Source: a virus
IMG/VR virus record: IMGVR_UViG_3300048833_000100
Span: 9,896-73,895 of that record
Length of the DNA: 64,000 nt
Reading direction: 5' to 3' (one strand)
Part shown: positions 28,507 to 38,502 of the stretch, in pieces
Layout of the letters: every line of letters begins with the position of its first letter
How positions within the stretch are numbered: the first letter of the stretch is position 1
Position numbers and translations under genes: made by a program
Notes under the pieces: model-generated
What the model was told of the DNA's origin: nothing
The model's input: only the letters and a program-made list of their open reading frames with translations
Databases searched by the model: none

Positions 28507-31500
28507 TCATTTGAAGGTGTTGAGGGCGCCGATGAACCGCTTGCTCAATGTGGTGATAACGCTCGTTTGATCCTGTGTAACAATCCGCAAACGATAGGTG
28601 GTGTTGCCACTCGTCGTCCGCGTATCGACGCCAAAGATGTCCACCTTCCCCGACGAGGCCGAGAAGATGGCTACCGATGCCACAACCTCACCGTTGGTCA
28701 CGTCATAAATCTGGATGTAGGCAGGTTCGTTGTCGCCGTTAGCTGGGAAGTTATAGGTCACACTTCCGTGGATGACTGCAGGCTGGTTTCGCGCCCGACT
28801 GAGAACAAGGGTTTCCAAAGTAACAGTCGTATTCCCACCAGCAGTGACCGATCCATTGGTGAAGGAGTAGTCGAACTTGGTCACCGAGTCGTCGGCGATC
28901 TTGATCGTATTCACGGAAAGGTTGGCGATCTTGGCGTTGTTGATGATCGCGTTCCTGATCTGGGCAGATCCGGTGATGAGTTCTCCGGTCGTCACCTTGT
29001 CCGCGGTGATGGCATTGGCAGCAATCACATCGGTCGTGATCCCCTCTGGGGTGATCAGCGTCGAGCCAGCCCGCTTCTTGATGACCTCGATGTTGGTCAT
29101 GTAGGCAGTGCCGGCACCCCCACCGATCCTCCCCGCAGTAACTCGCATAAACTCGGTGCCAGCGGGTGCAACTATCGGCCCAGCATCGGTTGCGGTGTAA
29201 CCGCGAGAAACCTGCTTCCAATTGATGCTGTTGTAATTGCTTTCGTTCAAAATGAGTGGAGAACCAATTTGAGCACCAGCTTTATCGTAAAACCAGAACG
29301 TGAGGCGGCATGTGGCATCTCTTGAAGCACCTGCCGTTGCCATATCAAACTTGGCTGCAAACTGTTCACCACCAGTAACAGTGGCATTGTAGACGCACCT
29401 GGCAGACTTCCCATCTGCAGAATATGCAAATTTCAGTATATGCTTGGTCGGGGAGTTGGTCCCTGCCGTAGTCCCCTCATCCGCAGCGACCACCAAGGAA
29501 GCTGTGTCTGCAATGGCATCCCACCCCCGGAGATCCCCGAAGATGAAGGAGCCGTTGGGCACCAGGTTGCCACTGAGGTCGGTCACCACCAGCTGCTGCA
29601 TGGCCACCGAGCCATCGAGCAAGATGTTTCTTGCCGCGATCCGGGCCACCGATGCCGTGCCGGCCGAACCATCTGCCGCGATCAGCTCGAGGAGGGAGAC
29701 CTCACCCCCGGCCTGAGCCTTGATGAGATACCCGGCTGAAGCTCCTTCTTGTAGACTGGAAATGGCTGTCCGGTGCTCGATGATCCCCGCCTCGACATAG
29801 GTCACCGGGTAGATCTGGATCCGGTGGATCGTGATGTCCTTGACCGCCATGCCGCCGAACTGGGAGGCATTGTGGTTGGCCATGACGAAGATCTCACACG
29901 AGGTCACGGCGGATAGATCCACCCCGTCCGGGATGCGGAACTCACCCGTCGCCAGCATCATCTCGCCCAGGATGACCGGCTGTGGCAGCATATCCGTGAA
30001 GGGGATGGCCACCCGGTTGTCTGCGCCGGGGGTGTTGAAGTCAAAGAGGATCCCCGCCCCGGACAGGCTGCCACTGGTCAGGGTAAACTCGACCTCGACC
30101 TTGAAGGCGGTGGACTTCTTCTGCCCGCGCCAGAAGGTGGTCATCGTGGTGCCAGCTTGAACTCCGGCACTTACCCCCGACGAAGCCAAGTTCCAACGGA
30201 ACTCGGTCCCAGTGGAGTAGACCGAGTTCGGCTGCCGCGTTGGACCCGTGTTCCAGTTTGCCCAGTTAGCCGGACAGAACTGATTGGAAAGGCACCCACT
30301 CCCTTGTGAGGTCACCCGAACGGCAAGGTCCGATGCCAGGGTAGCTGCAACTTGGGCACCTTCAGCGCCTTCCTGAGCCGAGACCGCGGCTTCCTGGGCA
30401 AGGACGGCAAGGGCCACCTGATCTCCAGCGTCACTGGCTGCTTGGGCAGCCAACACCCTCTCATCATAGGCCTGGCTCGCAGATCCCGCCGCAGTCTCCT
30501 GTGCGGTGACCGCTTGGTCTCGAGCGGAGACTGCATTTGTCCTGGCCGTTTCTGCCAACAAACGATCGGCCTGAGCTGCCGAGGCATAGGACTCCGCCGC
30601 GGTCACATAGCCTGCCACCTCGACGACCTGCTCGGCCACGGCACCAGCATAGGCTTCAGCATCGCTCTTGGCCTCAGCCGCCAGTCGCCACGCCCTCCGA
30701 CTGAGGGAGATCTCCTGCACATCGAACCATGTGACCCGGAGATGGCTACCATCCGCCAGCTGACGGAAGTGCGGGAAGATGAACTGGGAGGCTTCTGACC
30801 CAGTGAGCAGGATCACATTCGGGAGATCGGTCACCTGATCTGGATCGGCCGTCAGATACCAGACCACCGTGACTTCTTCACCCACACCCTCGTTGCTGCT
30901 CTCCCAAACCTGGATGTCGGCGAGGGGAGCGATCCGGGTTGTGGCATTGTCCCAGGTCGTGGCTCCTGCCCAGAGGCAGGCCGGTGTGGTGGTGCCATGA
31001 GCCAGCACCCGGATCCGGGCCGAGACCTGGTAGAGCTTGTCGGGCTCGAAAGCCATTGGGTAGGCGGGACCTACTGCCGTGGAGACCGAACCATCCAGGT
31101 CGAGCGCATCCCCGAACACGGGGTCATTGGTGAGGAACCGTTCCTCTGGGACCGGGAGCTTCGGGAAGAAGGTCGTGCTGTCCGGCTCGGTGGTCCAGCT
31201 CGAGGCTGGCAACCTCAGGGTCGATCGCTGCCGCGGCTTGATGGCTTCGGTGAGCCGAGCTTCCCGGAGGTCCAGCGCCTCCATAAGGGAGTCCGTCTCC
31301 ATCCCGGCAAGCACCGTGGCCAGGGTGGTATTTCCCTGGATCGCAGCCAAGGCTGCGTTGTTGATTTGGGTCTGTTGGTTTGGCAGCTCCACATCCAGGA
31401 TCTGGCTGGCCACCGACTGGACATCATTCAGTTCCAGCCCGAGCTCTGCCGCCACCTGCTGGGCTGCAGCTGCCGCACTGGTCGCTTGTGCGACCGCGGC

Positions 31501-31842
31501 GGCAACCTCTGCACTCACCCCCGTCATGACCCCGGTGGCAATCCCGGTCGTCATGTCATCCGACCAGCCGGCAAAGATACCGGGGATCTGATCCAACACA
31601 TACTGGATCCGGGCATCAGTGTAGACCCGAGCCGCAAGGGTCGCTGCATAGATCGAGCTGATCGCCGAGTTCGCCGTGCCCTGCGCTGCGTCAGCATCAT
31701 CCTGGGCCGCGTCGATACGGGCATTGTGGTTCAGGGCAACATCCTGGACCGTCTGCTCAAGCGAGGCGATGTCGGTTTCGATGCCGGGGAGAACCACCAG
31801 CTCGAGGTTCTCTGCCCAGGAGGCGATGTCTTCGATCGGCAT
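28507..31842 (-). CDS. Tail fibre/host-specificity protein
   Basis: 1111 aa; Ala-rich coiled coils, NLVPNGSF carbohydrate-binding-like module, ITADKVTTGELITGSAQIRNAIINNAKI repeat. Confidence 0.8.
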   Translation of the reverse strand: MPIEDIASWAENLELVVLPGIETDIASLEQTVQDVALNHNARIDAAQDDADAAQGTANSAISSIYAATLAARVYTDARIQYVLDQIPGIFAGWSDDMTTGIATGVMTGVSAEVAAAVAQATSAAAAAQQVAAELGLELNDVQSVASQILDVELPNQQTQINNAALAAIQGNTTLATVLAGMETDSLMEALDLREARLTEAIKPRQRSTLRLPASSWTTEPDSTTFFPKLPVPEERFLTNDPVFGDALDLDGSVSTAVGPAYPMAFEPDKLYQVSARIRVLAHGTTTPACLWAGATTWDNATTRIAPLADIQVWESSNEGVGEEVTVVWYLTADPDQVTDLPNVILLTGSEASQFIFPHFRQLADGSHLRVTWFDVQEISLSRRAWRLAAEAKSDAEAYAGAVAEQVVEVAGYVTAAESYASAAQADRLLAETARTNAVSARDQAVTAQETAAGSASQAYDERVLAAQAASDAGDQVALAVLAQEAAVSAQEGAEGAQVAATLASDLAVRVTSQGSGCLSNQFCPANWANWNTGPTRQPNSVYSTGTEFRWNLASSGVSAGVQAGTTMTTFWRGQKKSTAFKVEVEFTLTSGSLSGAGILFDFNTPGADNRVAIPFTDMLPQPVILGEMMLATGEFRIPDGVDLSAVTSCEIFVMANHNASQFGGMAVKDITIHRIQIYPVTYVEAGIIEHRTAISSLQEGASAGYLIKAQAGGEVSLLELIAADGSAGTASVARIAARNILLDGSVAMQQLVVTDLSGNLVPNGSFIFGDLRGWDAIADTASLVVAADEGTTAGTNSPTKHILKFAYSADGKSARCVYNATVTGGEQFAAKFDMATAGASRDATCRLTFWFYDKAGAQIGSPLILNESNYNSINWKQVSRGYTATDAGPIVAPAGTEFMRVTAGRIGGGAGTAYMTNIEVIKKRAGSTLITPEGITTDVIAANAITADKVTTGELITGSAQIRNAIINNAKIANLSVNTIKIADDSVTKFDYSFTNGSVTAGGNTTVTLETLVLSRARNQPAVIHGSVTYNFPANGDNEPAYIQIYDVTNGEVVASVAIFSASSGKVDIFGVDTRTTSGNTTYRLRIVTQDQTSVITTLSKRFIGALNTFK

Positions 31843-32504
31843 CAGATGAACCCTTTGTCCCGCAGTCGATCAAAGCCGGAGGTCGTATCGTCCTGCGCGA
31901 GATCGCCCTCTTCGGCGACGGCACAGAGCGCCTCGTAGCGGTTCATCAGCTGGACGCTCTTAGCCACATGGGCATCCCCGGCCATGCCGGAGAAGATCCC
32001 GGCCGCCACTCGGACCTGGAGAGCCTCCTCCAGTGCAGGCAAGATGCGGACCTGTGCTTCCAGATCAATGGGGTCCGGCAGCGCCGGATGCCCGGCCTGA
32101 TATTCGATCGTGTAGCGTTCCCCGGCGACCGCACTCTCGAAGAGGATCTCGTCATGGGACAGGATCTGGATGGTTCCATCCAAGTGGTCGTGCCGGTTGA
32201 TGCCGAAGGGCTGGGCCTCATTGGCCGGGGTCAGGGGATTGTCTTCCCGACCGACGGAGAGGATCTTCACCAGATCCGGGATCAACGTGCTCAGGTCATA
32301 GGACTTTTGGGTGCCGACGATCGTCAGAGTATAGAACCCTCTCCGCAGGATGAAGCGGGCATGCAGGGCTTTCAGCGCCAGCTCGATATGGGACTGGACC
32401 TTGCCCTGTTGATCCTCGGCGATGGACCCTGCCCCCTCCATTCCGATCGAAAGGGCAGACAGCTCCCCGTAGCTCAGGCGTTTGAACAGCTCTTGCAGTT
32501 CCAT
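31842..32504 (-). CDS. Adaptor/structural protein (N4 gp67-like)
   Basis: LFKRLSYGELS...LKALHARF; C-terminal RLRDKGFI. Confidence 0.85.
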   Translation of the reverse strand: MELQELFKRLSYGELSALSIGMEGAGSIAEDQQGKVQSHIELALKALHARFILRRGFYTLTIVGTQKSYDLSTLIPDLVKILSVGREDNPLTPANEAQPFGINRHDHLDGTIQILSHDEILFESAVAGERYTIEYQAGHPALPDPIDLEAQVRILPALEEALQVRVAAGIFSGMAGDAHVAKSVQLMNRYEALCAVAEEGDLAQDDTTSGFDRLRDKGFI

Positions 32505-32551
32505 GGTTCAGCAATCCCTTCGATAAACCACACCACACCACACCGGGCGGG

Positions 32552-34213
32552 CTAGACGATGTAGGAGGAGAGGGTGGATTGGCCGTGATCTTCCGGTTCA
32601 TCCAGCCCCCAGATACCGTCTTCGTTCTGGGATTGCGGAGCGTCCTCGGAGGGCTTCCAGGGTTTAAGATACATCAGCATGGAGACGGTGTCGATGAAGT
32701 CATCATGCTTCGACTTGAGACCGGAGACCGTGGCCAGTTGGATCTCTTGCAGCAACTCACCCAGAACGATGGAGTTCTTCATCTCCTCGGGCAGATAGAT
32801 CTTGCCCGCCTTGAACAGAGGCACCACGAGGTTGAAGCGGGCGAGCTTGTCACCCTCGGGCTGGATGCCCGGCTGCCCGTTCTTGCCCAGGGCAAAGGTG
32901 AACCATTGGTTCCGGGTGATCATCTCATTGGTGAGCCATTGGATGAAGGCCCCCTGTTGCCCGGCGATCTCGATGCCCACCGCCTGCGGCCGATACTCGG
33001 CCACGAGGCGGAAGAGGTCATTGATTGCATGATCCATGGTCTGCTTCTTGCAGACCCCATCCACCCAGAACCAATCCCCATTGGCGTTGTAGGCCCAGAC
33101 CGAAATGACCGAGTAGTCGTTCGACTGCTTGGCCTTCGTGGCAAAGTCGGTGGTGATGTAGAAGTTGAACTTGCCCCGGTTCTGCAGCACAGCCTGCCGA
33201 CTGAACCAACGGATCTCGGTATCCTGGACCAGGCGTTCTTCGGAAGATGTGATCCGCAACATGAGCTCCTGCATGAAGGCGTTGACGGTCCCCTCCAGCA
33301 CCGCCTTCTCATAGGCGGCCTTGACCATGGAGTAGGGGAAGCGATCTTCCCAGGCTCCCCGGAACTCGGCCTTGGAGCAGGGGAAGCGTTCGCAGACAGG
33401 CCAGACGTTGACGTGCCAGGCCCCGGATTCCACCGCCTCATAGAGCACATCGCCCTTGTTAAAGGGGGTGCCGTTCCAGAGGGTCTTGCGCTTGGTCGGG
33501 TGGAGGGCGAAGTCCACGCCCTTGGTCACCGTGTCCTTGATCGAGGCCATGGCGGTTCTGGACTTGGCATCGTCATCCGAGACGAGGTCGTCGAGAACGC
33601 AGAGGGTGGGGCGCTTCCCGAAGACCTTGGAACCACGGATCCCGGACTTGGCGCCATACATCTTGATGCCCAGGCGGTTGCCGTCCTTGGACTTGAACTC
33701 AATGTAGTTCTCGGTGAACTTGGCTTCCGGCAACCATTCCTTCAGGAACTCGGAGTTGTGGTATCGGAACTCGATGTTCTGCCGGAAGTTCTTCACCCCG
33801 TTGTCCATCGAGTCGGAGACATAGAGCATCCCCTGGACCCGACCGAAGCCCTCGATCTCCCCGAAGACCCCGAGGTAGAGAGCCAGGTATTCCCCCATCA
33901 GGGTGGTCTTGGCGGCGCCCCGGAAGCATAGGTTGGCGATGTTCTGCTTCTTGCCCGCGATCTGGTCCAGCATGGCCAGGTGAACCACGGGCGTCAGGTT
34001 CTCTTCACCCTCTTCTCCGTTCACCAGCTTGATGAAGTTCAGGAAGTTCAGGGCGAAGACACTCGGCATGTAATGGCCCGAGTTCAACGAGCCATAGTCC
34101 ACCTGATTGAGCCAGTCGTCGACCGACTGTCGCACGAGGCCACGGTTCGCCAGCATGGCGGCGATGTCGACCTGATCTGGATCAGACGACGGCAGGGCCT
34201 CTTGAACCATCAA
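32552..34213 (-). CDS. terL: Terminase large subunit (N4 gp68-like)
   Basis: FRGAAKTT Walker A, VLDDLVSD Walker B, FYITTDFAT and SKHDDFIDTVSML nuclease motifs. Confidence 0.97.
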   Translation of the reverse strand: MMVQEALPSSDPDQVDIAAMLANRGLVRQSVDDWLNQVDYGSLNSGHYMPSVFALNFLNFIKLVNGEEGEENLTPVVHLAMLDQIAGKKQNIANLCFRGAAKTTLMGEYLALYLGVFGEIEGFGRVQGMLYVSDSMDNGVKNFRQNIEFRYHNSEFLKEWLPEAKFTENYIEFKSKDGNRLGIKMYGAKSGIRGSKVFGKRPTLCVLDDLVSDDDAKSRTAMASIKDTVTKGVDFALHPTKRKTLWNGTPFNKGDVLYEAVESGAWHVNVWPVCERFPCSKAEFRGAWEDRFPYSMVKAAYEKAVLEGTVNAFMQELMLRITSSEERLVQDTEIRWFSRQAVLQNRGKFNFYITTDFATKAKQSNDYSVISVWAYNANGDWFWVDGVCKKQTMDHAINDLFRLVAEYRPQAVGIEIAGQQGAFIQWLTNEMITRNQWFTFALGKNGQPGIQPEGDKLARFNLVVPLFKAGKIYLPEEMKNSIVLGELLQEIQLATVSGLKSKHDDFIDTVSMLMYLKPWKPSEDAPQSQNEDGIWGLDEPEDHGQSTLSSYIV

Positions 34214-34461
34214 TTCAACAAACCCTTCGGGGCTTCTTCCAGGGGCTCGGCTCCGGTCACGATGTTCGGATCATCCAGCAGGATCTGGAGCTTGGCCGCC
34301 TCGAGGAGGTAAAGGGCATCGGCACTGTTGTGACTGGAGACGACCGAGATCTCCCCATCCTTCTTCCGGCCGACCAGCACAGCCATGGCATCAAAGCAGC
34401 CGGTCTTCAGCCCTTCCTTGACCATCTGCCGCGGGGTGGGTGCCTTGCTCTTCTTGCCCAT
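34210..34461 (-). CDS. Hypothetical protein
   Basis: 83 aa, coupled to neighbouring genes. Confidence 0.65.
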   Translation of the reverse strand: MGKKSKAPTPRQMVKEGLKTGCFDAMAVLVGRKKDGEISVVSSHNSADALYLLEAAKLQILLDDPNIVTGAEPLEEAPKGLLN

Positions 34462-34464
34462 GGT

Positions 34465-34851
34465 TCAGGCTCCCGGCTGGAGGCCGGTCGCACATTCACC
34501 CGCGAGGGCGGCATATCCGGCGAGGTCGACATAGTCATCGAGGTGGGCTTGTCCCTGCATGCCGCGGGCCAGCTTCAGGGAGATCATGAAGCGCCAGCCC
34601 TCGAGCTCGGTCAGGTTCTGTCCGGTCATGGCGTTGAAGATCGCCACCGTCCGAGCCATGGACCGCTCCCCACCTTCGGCGTCGCGGGTCACTGCCCGAT
34701 CACGGAGAGCCTGAGCTGCGTCCTCGAGGAGCTTGGGAGCCACCCCGACCGAGGGGGTGGGTTTGTTCAGGGACTTGAGGATTTCCTGGAGCTTGTCCAG
34801 GCCCTCTTGGGGATTTGGTTGGGCGAGAACGTAGTGGGGGTGTTGGTTCAT
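34465..34851 (-). CDS. DUF6378-like phage protein
   Basis: GERSMARTVAIFNAMTG..GWRFMISLKLAR...DDYVDLAGYAALAGE. Confidence 0.75.
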   Translation of the reverse strand: MNQHPHYVLAQPNPQEGLDKLQEILKSLNKPTPSVGVAPKLLEDAAQALRDRAVTRDAEGGERSMARTVAIFNAMTGQNLTELEGWRFMISLKLARGMQGQAHLDDYVDLAGYAALAGECATGLQPGA

Positions 34852-34906
34852 CTTGGGCTCCTTCTGGTTGCCCGGATATTTGCACACCACACCACACCAA
34901 AGCAAG

Positions 34907-35608
34907 CTAGACCACGTCAGGCGCCTTCGGGGTCACGTCCCGCATTGAGCCAGGGATCGGCTGATGGGCCACATCCTTGGTTGCCACCCCGGCTTCGATG
35001 GCAGCAATCTGGACCTGAGCCAACGAGGCCATCATGTCCTTCAGGGCATCGAGCCCCCGCCCGGTCTGCCCACCGAGGTCGATCTGAACCTTCTTGGTCT
35101 CCGGCACCTTGAGATGGGTGAGCAGTGAATTGGCGGCCTCGACCCGGACCTTGGCCGAGACATCCTCGTCATTCATGATCGAATACTGGACGTTGATCGC
35201 TTCCTGGTAGGCATGGGCATTGAGCACCCAGGTCGGGATCAGGCTCTGCTCCCGAACCTTGTTGACCAGCTGCCCCGAATTGTAGGCCGCCACATAGGAG
35301 CTGATCTCCTTCTCGGTCGCAGCCCGGTTGACCAGGATCTGATACCGATCGGGGAAGGTCTTCTTCCAGGCCGTCTGGTTCGAGCAACCCATCATCTTGT
35401 GGGAGACATAGGTCACGGCCGAGATGTAATCATCGAGCCGGAACCGACCCTCCTCCAGCACAGAACCAAAGCTGAGGAAGTTCTCCCGGAAGACCTTGGC
35501 CTCCTCGGGATCGGTGGCGATGGCATTGATCTGAGCCAACAGCTGAGGGGTGGCTGCAGTCTTGAAGGCCGCAGGCAGGGCCTCTCTCAACTCATCTTGA
35601 GTCAGCAT
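34907..35608 (-). CDS. N4 gp69-like protein (putative terminase small subunit)
   Basis: FRENFLSF..VLEEGRF, KTFPDRY and AANSLLTHLK motifs; upstream of terL. Confidence 0.85.
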   Translation of the reverse strand: MLTQDELREALPAAFKTAATPQLLAQINAIATDPEEAKVFRENFLSFGSVLEEGRFRLDDYISAVTYVSHKMMGCSNQTAWKKTFPDRYQILVNRAATEKEISSYVAAYNSGQLVNKVREQSLIPTWVLNAHAYQEAINVQYSIMNDEDVSAKVRVEAANSLLTHLKVPETKKVQIDLGGQTGRGLDALKDMMASLAQVQIAAIEAGVATKDVAHQPIPGSMRDVTPKAPDVV

Positions 35609-35710
35609 CTCTTCTTCTCTTCCAGAGGGGAGTATATCTCATAGATAGAAGATGACTCTTTAGGGTGTCAATAGGATAAACCATACCACACCATACCAGT
35701 AGATAGATCT

Positions 35711-35819
35711 CTCTCCTCTCTTCTTCATCTCAGATAGATCCTCCTTCCGCTGACGCTACAGTCGGATCTATCTGAGAGCAGAGTCTCTTAGATGAAGAGA
35801 ATCTTGAAGTAGAGGAGAA
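35711..35819. repeat. Large imperfect palindrome in the genome-end region
   Basis: tctcagatagatcc (35728-41) and ggatctatctgaga (35764-77), plus outer arms tcttcatct/agatgaaga and tctcctct/agaggaga. Confidence 0.7.
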
Positions 35820-35826
35820 CAGTTCA

Positions 35827-36111
35827 ATGGATCAGATGAAGTATCCAGTCCTTAAAGAGTGGATAGATGAGGTAAGACATTGGGAACAACCATCCAGAGG
35901 ATATGGCATTGGTTCTCTTACAGATGGAGTTCTTACAGACATCATCTTCATTGGAGAACACTGGGACTATCTGAAGCTGAAGGAAGAGAAGGGAACAGAC
36001 TGGTCCAGAGAAGATGTTGCCAAGCTGGCATGGAACAGCTGGATGGATCGTCAGTCTCCAGATGCAGAGTTCAAGCTCGGGTATCTGATTGGATACAGGT
36101 TCCTGGTTTAG
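35827..36111 (+). CDS. Hypothetical protein (lower GC)
   Basis: SD gaggag before ATG; 94 aa. Confidence 0.6.
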   Translation: MDQMKYPVLKEWIDEVRHWEQPSRGYGIGSLTDGVLTDIIFIGEHWDYLKLKEEKGTDWSREDVAKLAWNSWMDRQSPDAEFKLGYLIGYRFLV

Positions 36112-36245
36112 TCTCAGACAGTCGTGGTTTTGTGGTCATTCATGGGATCCGGCCGCAGTAGGGAAATCCTCATAGTTTACTCGGGTGGCAGTCTTATACA
36201 CTCTGGGGACACCATGGAGGAGCTCCCCCCCCCCCTGTAGGTATC

Positions 36246-36268
36246 CACGGCCTGTAGGCCGTGTTGGA
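36246..36268 (+). promoter_or_regulatory. vRNAP hairpin promoter P1
   Basis: cacggcc-tgta-ggccgtg then ttGG. Confidence 0.75.
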
Positions 36269-36296
36269 CTACCACGCTCACCTATGGAGGATCCCC

Positions 36297-36662
36297 ATGA
36301 GCATCATTCGCACCGCCTTCACCTCGGCTACCACTGGCGCACTGTCCACCGTCGCCGCTGCCGCCAACTCACTCACCTCCGCTGCTGAAGCAGTGGACAT
36401 CGGTGCCCAATCCCTCAAGCAGATCGCCAAGGTCGGTCTGCACAACGCCACCAACTGGGCCGAAGCCGCCGAAGAAGATACCGTCGAAGCCAAGGTCGAG
36501 CGCAAGCTCATCCGCCACGACGAACGTGTCGCCCGCATCGAGGCCATCGCTCTCTCTGCTGCCAAGCGTCAGGAGAAGCTCAATGCCAATCCCGAAGCCA
36601 AGGCCATCTTCAACGAGATGATGCGCTCCATCCAACCGTCACTCCGCGTCGCTGCCGAGTAA
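36297..36662 (+). CDS. First early protein (N4 gp1 position)
   Basis: SD ggagg; follows P1; helical Ala-rich sequence. Confidence 0.75.
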   Translation: MSIIRTAFTSATTGALSTVAAAANSLTSAAEAVDIGAQSLKQIAKVGLHNATNWAEAAEEDTVEAKVERKLIRHDERVARIEAIALSAAKRQEKLNANPEAKAIFNEMMRSIQPSLRVAAE

Positions 36663-36668
36663 CCCTAC

Positions 36669-36704
36669 AGCCACCCTGCACATCGCGGGGTGGCTACTTC
36701 ATTT
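36669..36704 (+). terminator. Terminator after first early gene
   Basis: agccaccc...gggtggct hairpin followed by acttcattt. Confidence 0.5.
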
Positions 36705-36870
36705 CAAGAGGACACCTAACCTAAACCCTACCGTCGCTGACACCGATCAGGATAGAGACCACACACCTCACCACACTCCATCAGCTCGTCATCCAGTGCC
36801 CATGTCCATCTTCCGGGTCACTCGACACCGGACAGAGGCTCATGCCTCTGTATGGCTCTCCTATGCGCCA

Positions 36871-36893
36871 TGCGGCCTGAGGGCCGCAATGGA
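36871..36893 (+). promoter_or_regulatory. vRNAP hairpin promoter P2
   Basis: tgcggcc-tgag-ggccgca then atGG. Confidence 0.7.
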
Positions 36894-36918
36894 TGCAACG
36901 CCAACATCGGAGCCCATC

Positions 36919-37122
36919 ATGCGGATCACCACCGACACCGAATACGAAGCTGCCGTTGCTCGCAAGAACGAGATCATCCGGCAACTCGACGAGTGCTACA
37001 GCACCGTCTTCGACATCCCACACAATCACCCTCTGGAGATCGAGCTGGACCGCATCTGTGCAGCTCTCAACCTCTACGAGGAGGCTGAGATCTACAACAG
37101 CCTCTGCCTCTGCAACTTCTGA
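36919..37122 (+). CDS. Early hypothetical protein
   Basis: SD ggag; MRITTDTEYEAAVARK. Confidence 0.65.
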   Translation: MRITTDTEYEAAVARKNEIIRQLDECYSTVFDIPHNHPLEIELDRICAALNLYEEAEIYNSLCLCNF

Positions 37123-37139
37123 ACCAAGGAGAACAAACC

Positions 37140-37520
37140 GTGACCAAACCTAAGGACACCCTCGCCAGCAAACTCGCCCAATTGATCTCGCCTCAGCTCT
37201 CAGCCGATCAGGAGGCATATGATGCCCAATGGGAGGCCGACATGGAGGCCGAATACCAGCGCATCCATCAGCTCGTCTATGGTCACCCAACCATGAGCCC
37301 GACTGAGCAAGGCATCGCCGAGCATCCCATCCTTGCCCGGTGCAGGCTCTTGATCCAGTCGATCGAGAACCAGATCCCAGACGAGTCCATGAGCTGGAAG
37401 GTGGAGCTCTTCTGCGACCACATCCGGTCCATCTTCACCGCACCACGACCCAATGCCACAAGTCCTCATCGGAACCATACCGAGGGCCTTGATGCCGTCG
37501 TCTTTCCCTATCGACCCTGA
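37140..37520 (+). CDS. Early hypothetical protein
   Basis: SD aaggag with GTG start. Confidence 0.7.
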   Translation: MTKPKDTLASKLAQLISPQLSADQEAYDAQWEADMEAEYQRIHQLVYGHPTMSPTEQGIAEHPILARCRLLIQSIENQIPDESMSWKVELFCDHIRSIFTAPRPNATSPHRNHTEGLDAVVFPYRP

Positions 37521-37536
37521 ACCAAGGAGCACACCA

Positions 37537-37881
37537 ATGACCATCCTGACCTACACCGACGAAGCTACCAAAGCTGTCATGACCTACGAACTGGATGACC
37601 TGCCTCAGGGTCACCAGTTCTTTCCCGGCATCCGGGTCAAGAGCCTCGTCATTAACGGGGTCTCTCACATCTTCTACGACCACGAATGGCCGGGGGAAAT
37701 GTCCCCTGAGTCCGTATTCGCGGAGCTCTCCACTGTGGTCCTGCACCACTACTTCGACTCGAACCACTATCAACCAACTCCAGAGGAGTTGGCTGAGTGG
37801 GAGATGCGTATGGAGGCCGAGCAGTCAGGCATTGAGGCTCTGGCCGATGACAACTCCCACGAGTCCTCCTCTCTCGCATGA
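37537..37881 (+). CDS. Early hypothetical protein
   Basis: SD aaggag; MTILTYTDEATK. Confidence 0.7.
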   Translation: MTILTYTDEATKAVMTYELDDLPQGHQFFPGIRVKSLVINGVSHIFYDHEWPGEMSPESVFAELSTVVLHHYFDSNHYQPTPEELAEWEMRMEAEQSGIEALADDNSHESSSLA

Positions 37882-37890
37882 CCAACACTG

Positions 37891-37914
37891 ACACGGCCTG
37901 TGGGCCGTGTTGGC
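37891..37914 (+). promoter_or_regulatory. vRNAP hairpin promoter P3
   Basis: acacggcc-tgtg-ggccgtgt then tGG. Confidence 0.75.
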
Positions 37915-37959
37915 ACATCGCCAGTCACACCACACCACACCAAACCATGGAGACTACCC

Positions 37960-38157
37960 ATGCCTTTCGTCCTTCCCTTCCTCGTCATGGTCCTTGTCGA
38001 TAAGGCCATCTACGAACAGCTGACCGCAGCCAGTGGCCCGCTCTGGCTGCTCTTCGGCTTCATGGTCACCATGACCGTTGCCGTCGGCATCGTCATGGTC
38101 TTCGCCTTCATCGACGCTTCGGTGGAGCGCAGCTTCTACCGTGGCCGGAGGTTCTGA
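37960..38157 (+). CDS. Small membrane protein
   Basis: Two hydrophobic segments; SD ggag. Confidence 0.65.
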   Translation: MPFVLPFLVMVLVDKAIYEQLTAASGPLWLLFGFMVTMTVAVGIVMVFAFIDASVERSFYRGRRF

Positions 38158-38160
38158 ACC

Positions 38161-38319
38161 ATGCGGATCCAGCTGCCTCTGCAAGACGAGCTTCGGATCT
38201 GTGAGGACAGCTTGGCTGTCGCACAGGAAGACCTTCCCGAAGATCTCGAAGATGAGATCGAAGCCCTGCTTGCAGGGCTCCCGACTCCCATCCCATTCGT
38301 GCCCTACAGGGCCTATTAA
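38161..38319 (+). CDS. Small acidic hypothetical protein (52 aa)
   Basis: Read manually: MRIQLPLQDELRICEDSLAVAQEDLPEDLEDEIEALLAGLPTPIPFVPYRAY. Confidence 0.5.
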   Translation: MRIQLPLQDELRICEDSLAVAQEDLPEDLEDEIEALLAGLPTPIPFVPYRAY

Positions 38320-38478
38320 CACAGGGCCGGCGACGGCCTTGTGCTTGCCACAATGTTGCCGCTTGTCTCTGTGGACACCATTGGATACTGGAACCGCGGT
38401 CAGCCCATTAGTGGGCACCGCAGGGTTGGGTTTTTGGGGTTTTCCCAGAGACAACCCAAGCACACAATTCAACCGTAA

Positions 38479-38502
38479 CTGCGGCCTGTGGGCCGCAGCG
38501 GA
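38479..38502 (+). promoter_or_regulatory. vRNAP hairpin promoter P4
   Basis: ctgcggcc-tgtg-ggccgcag then cGG. Confidence 0.75.

Noticed and set aside
1581-33931. Long plus-strand ORFs opposite late genes (e.g. 1581-4181, 5055-7202, 22570-25485, 32579-33931)
   Set aside because: Antisense shadows of GC3-rich real genes; no recognisable motifs.
35711-35819. N15-type telomere (telRL) site
   Set aside because: The palindrome has a 22-nt non-palindromic centre and no protelomerase is visible in the window; a gene outside the window cannot be excluded.
38161-38345. Hairpin-rich stretch as an ncRNA
   Set aside because: Better explained by a 52-aa ORF with a TGAACC-ATG start followed by a hairpin.
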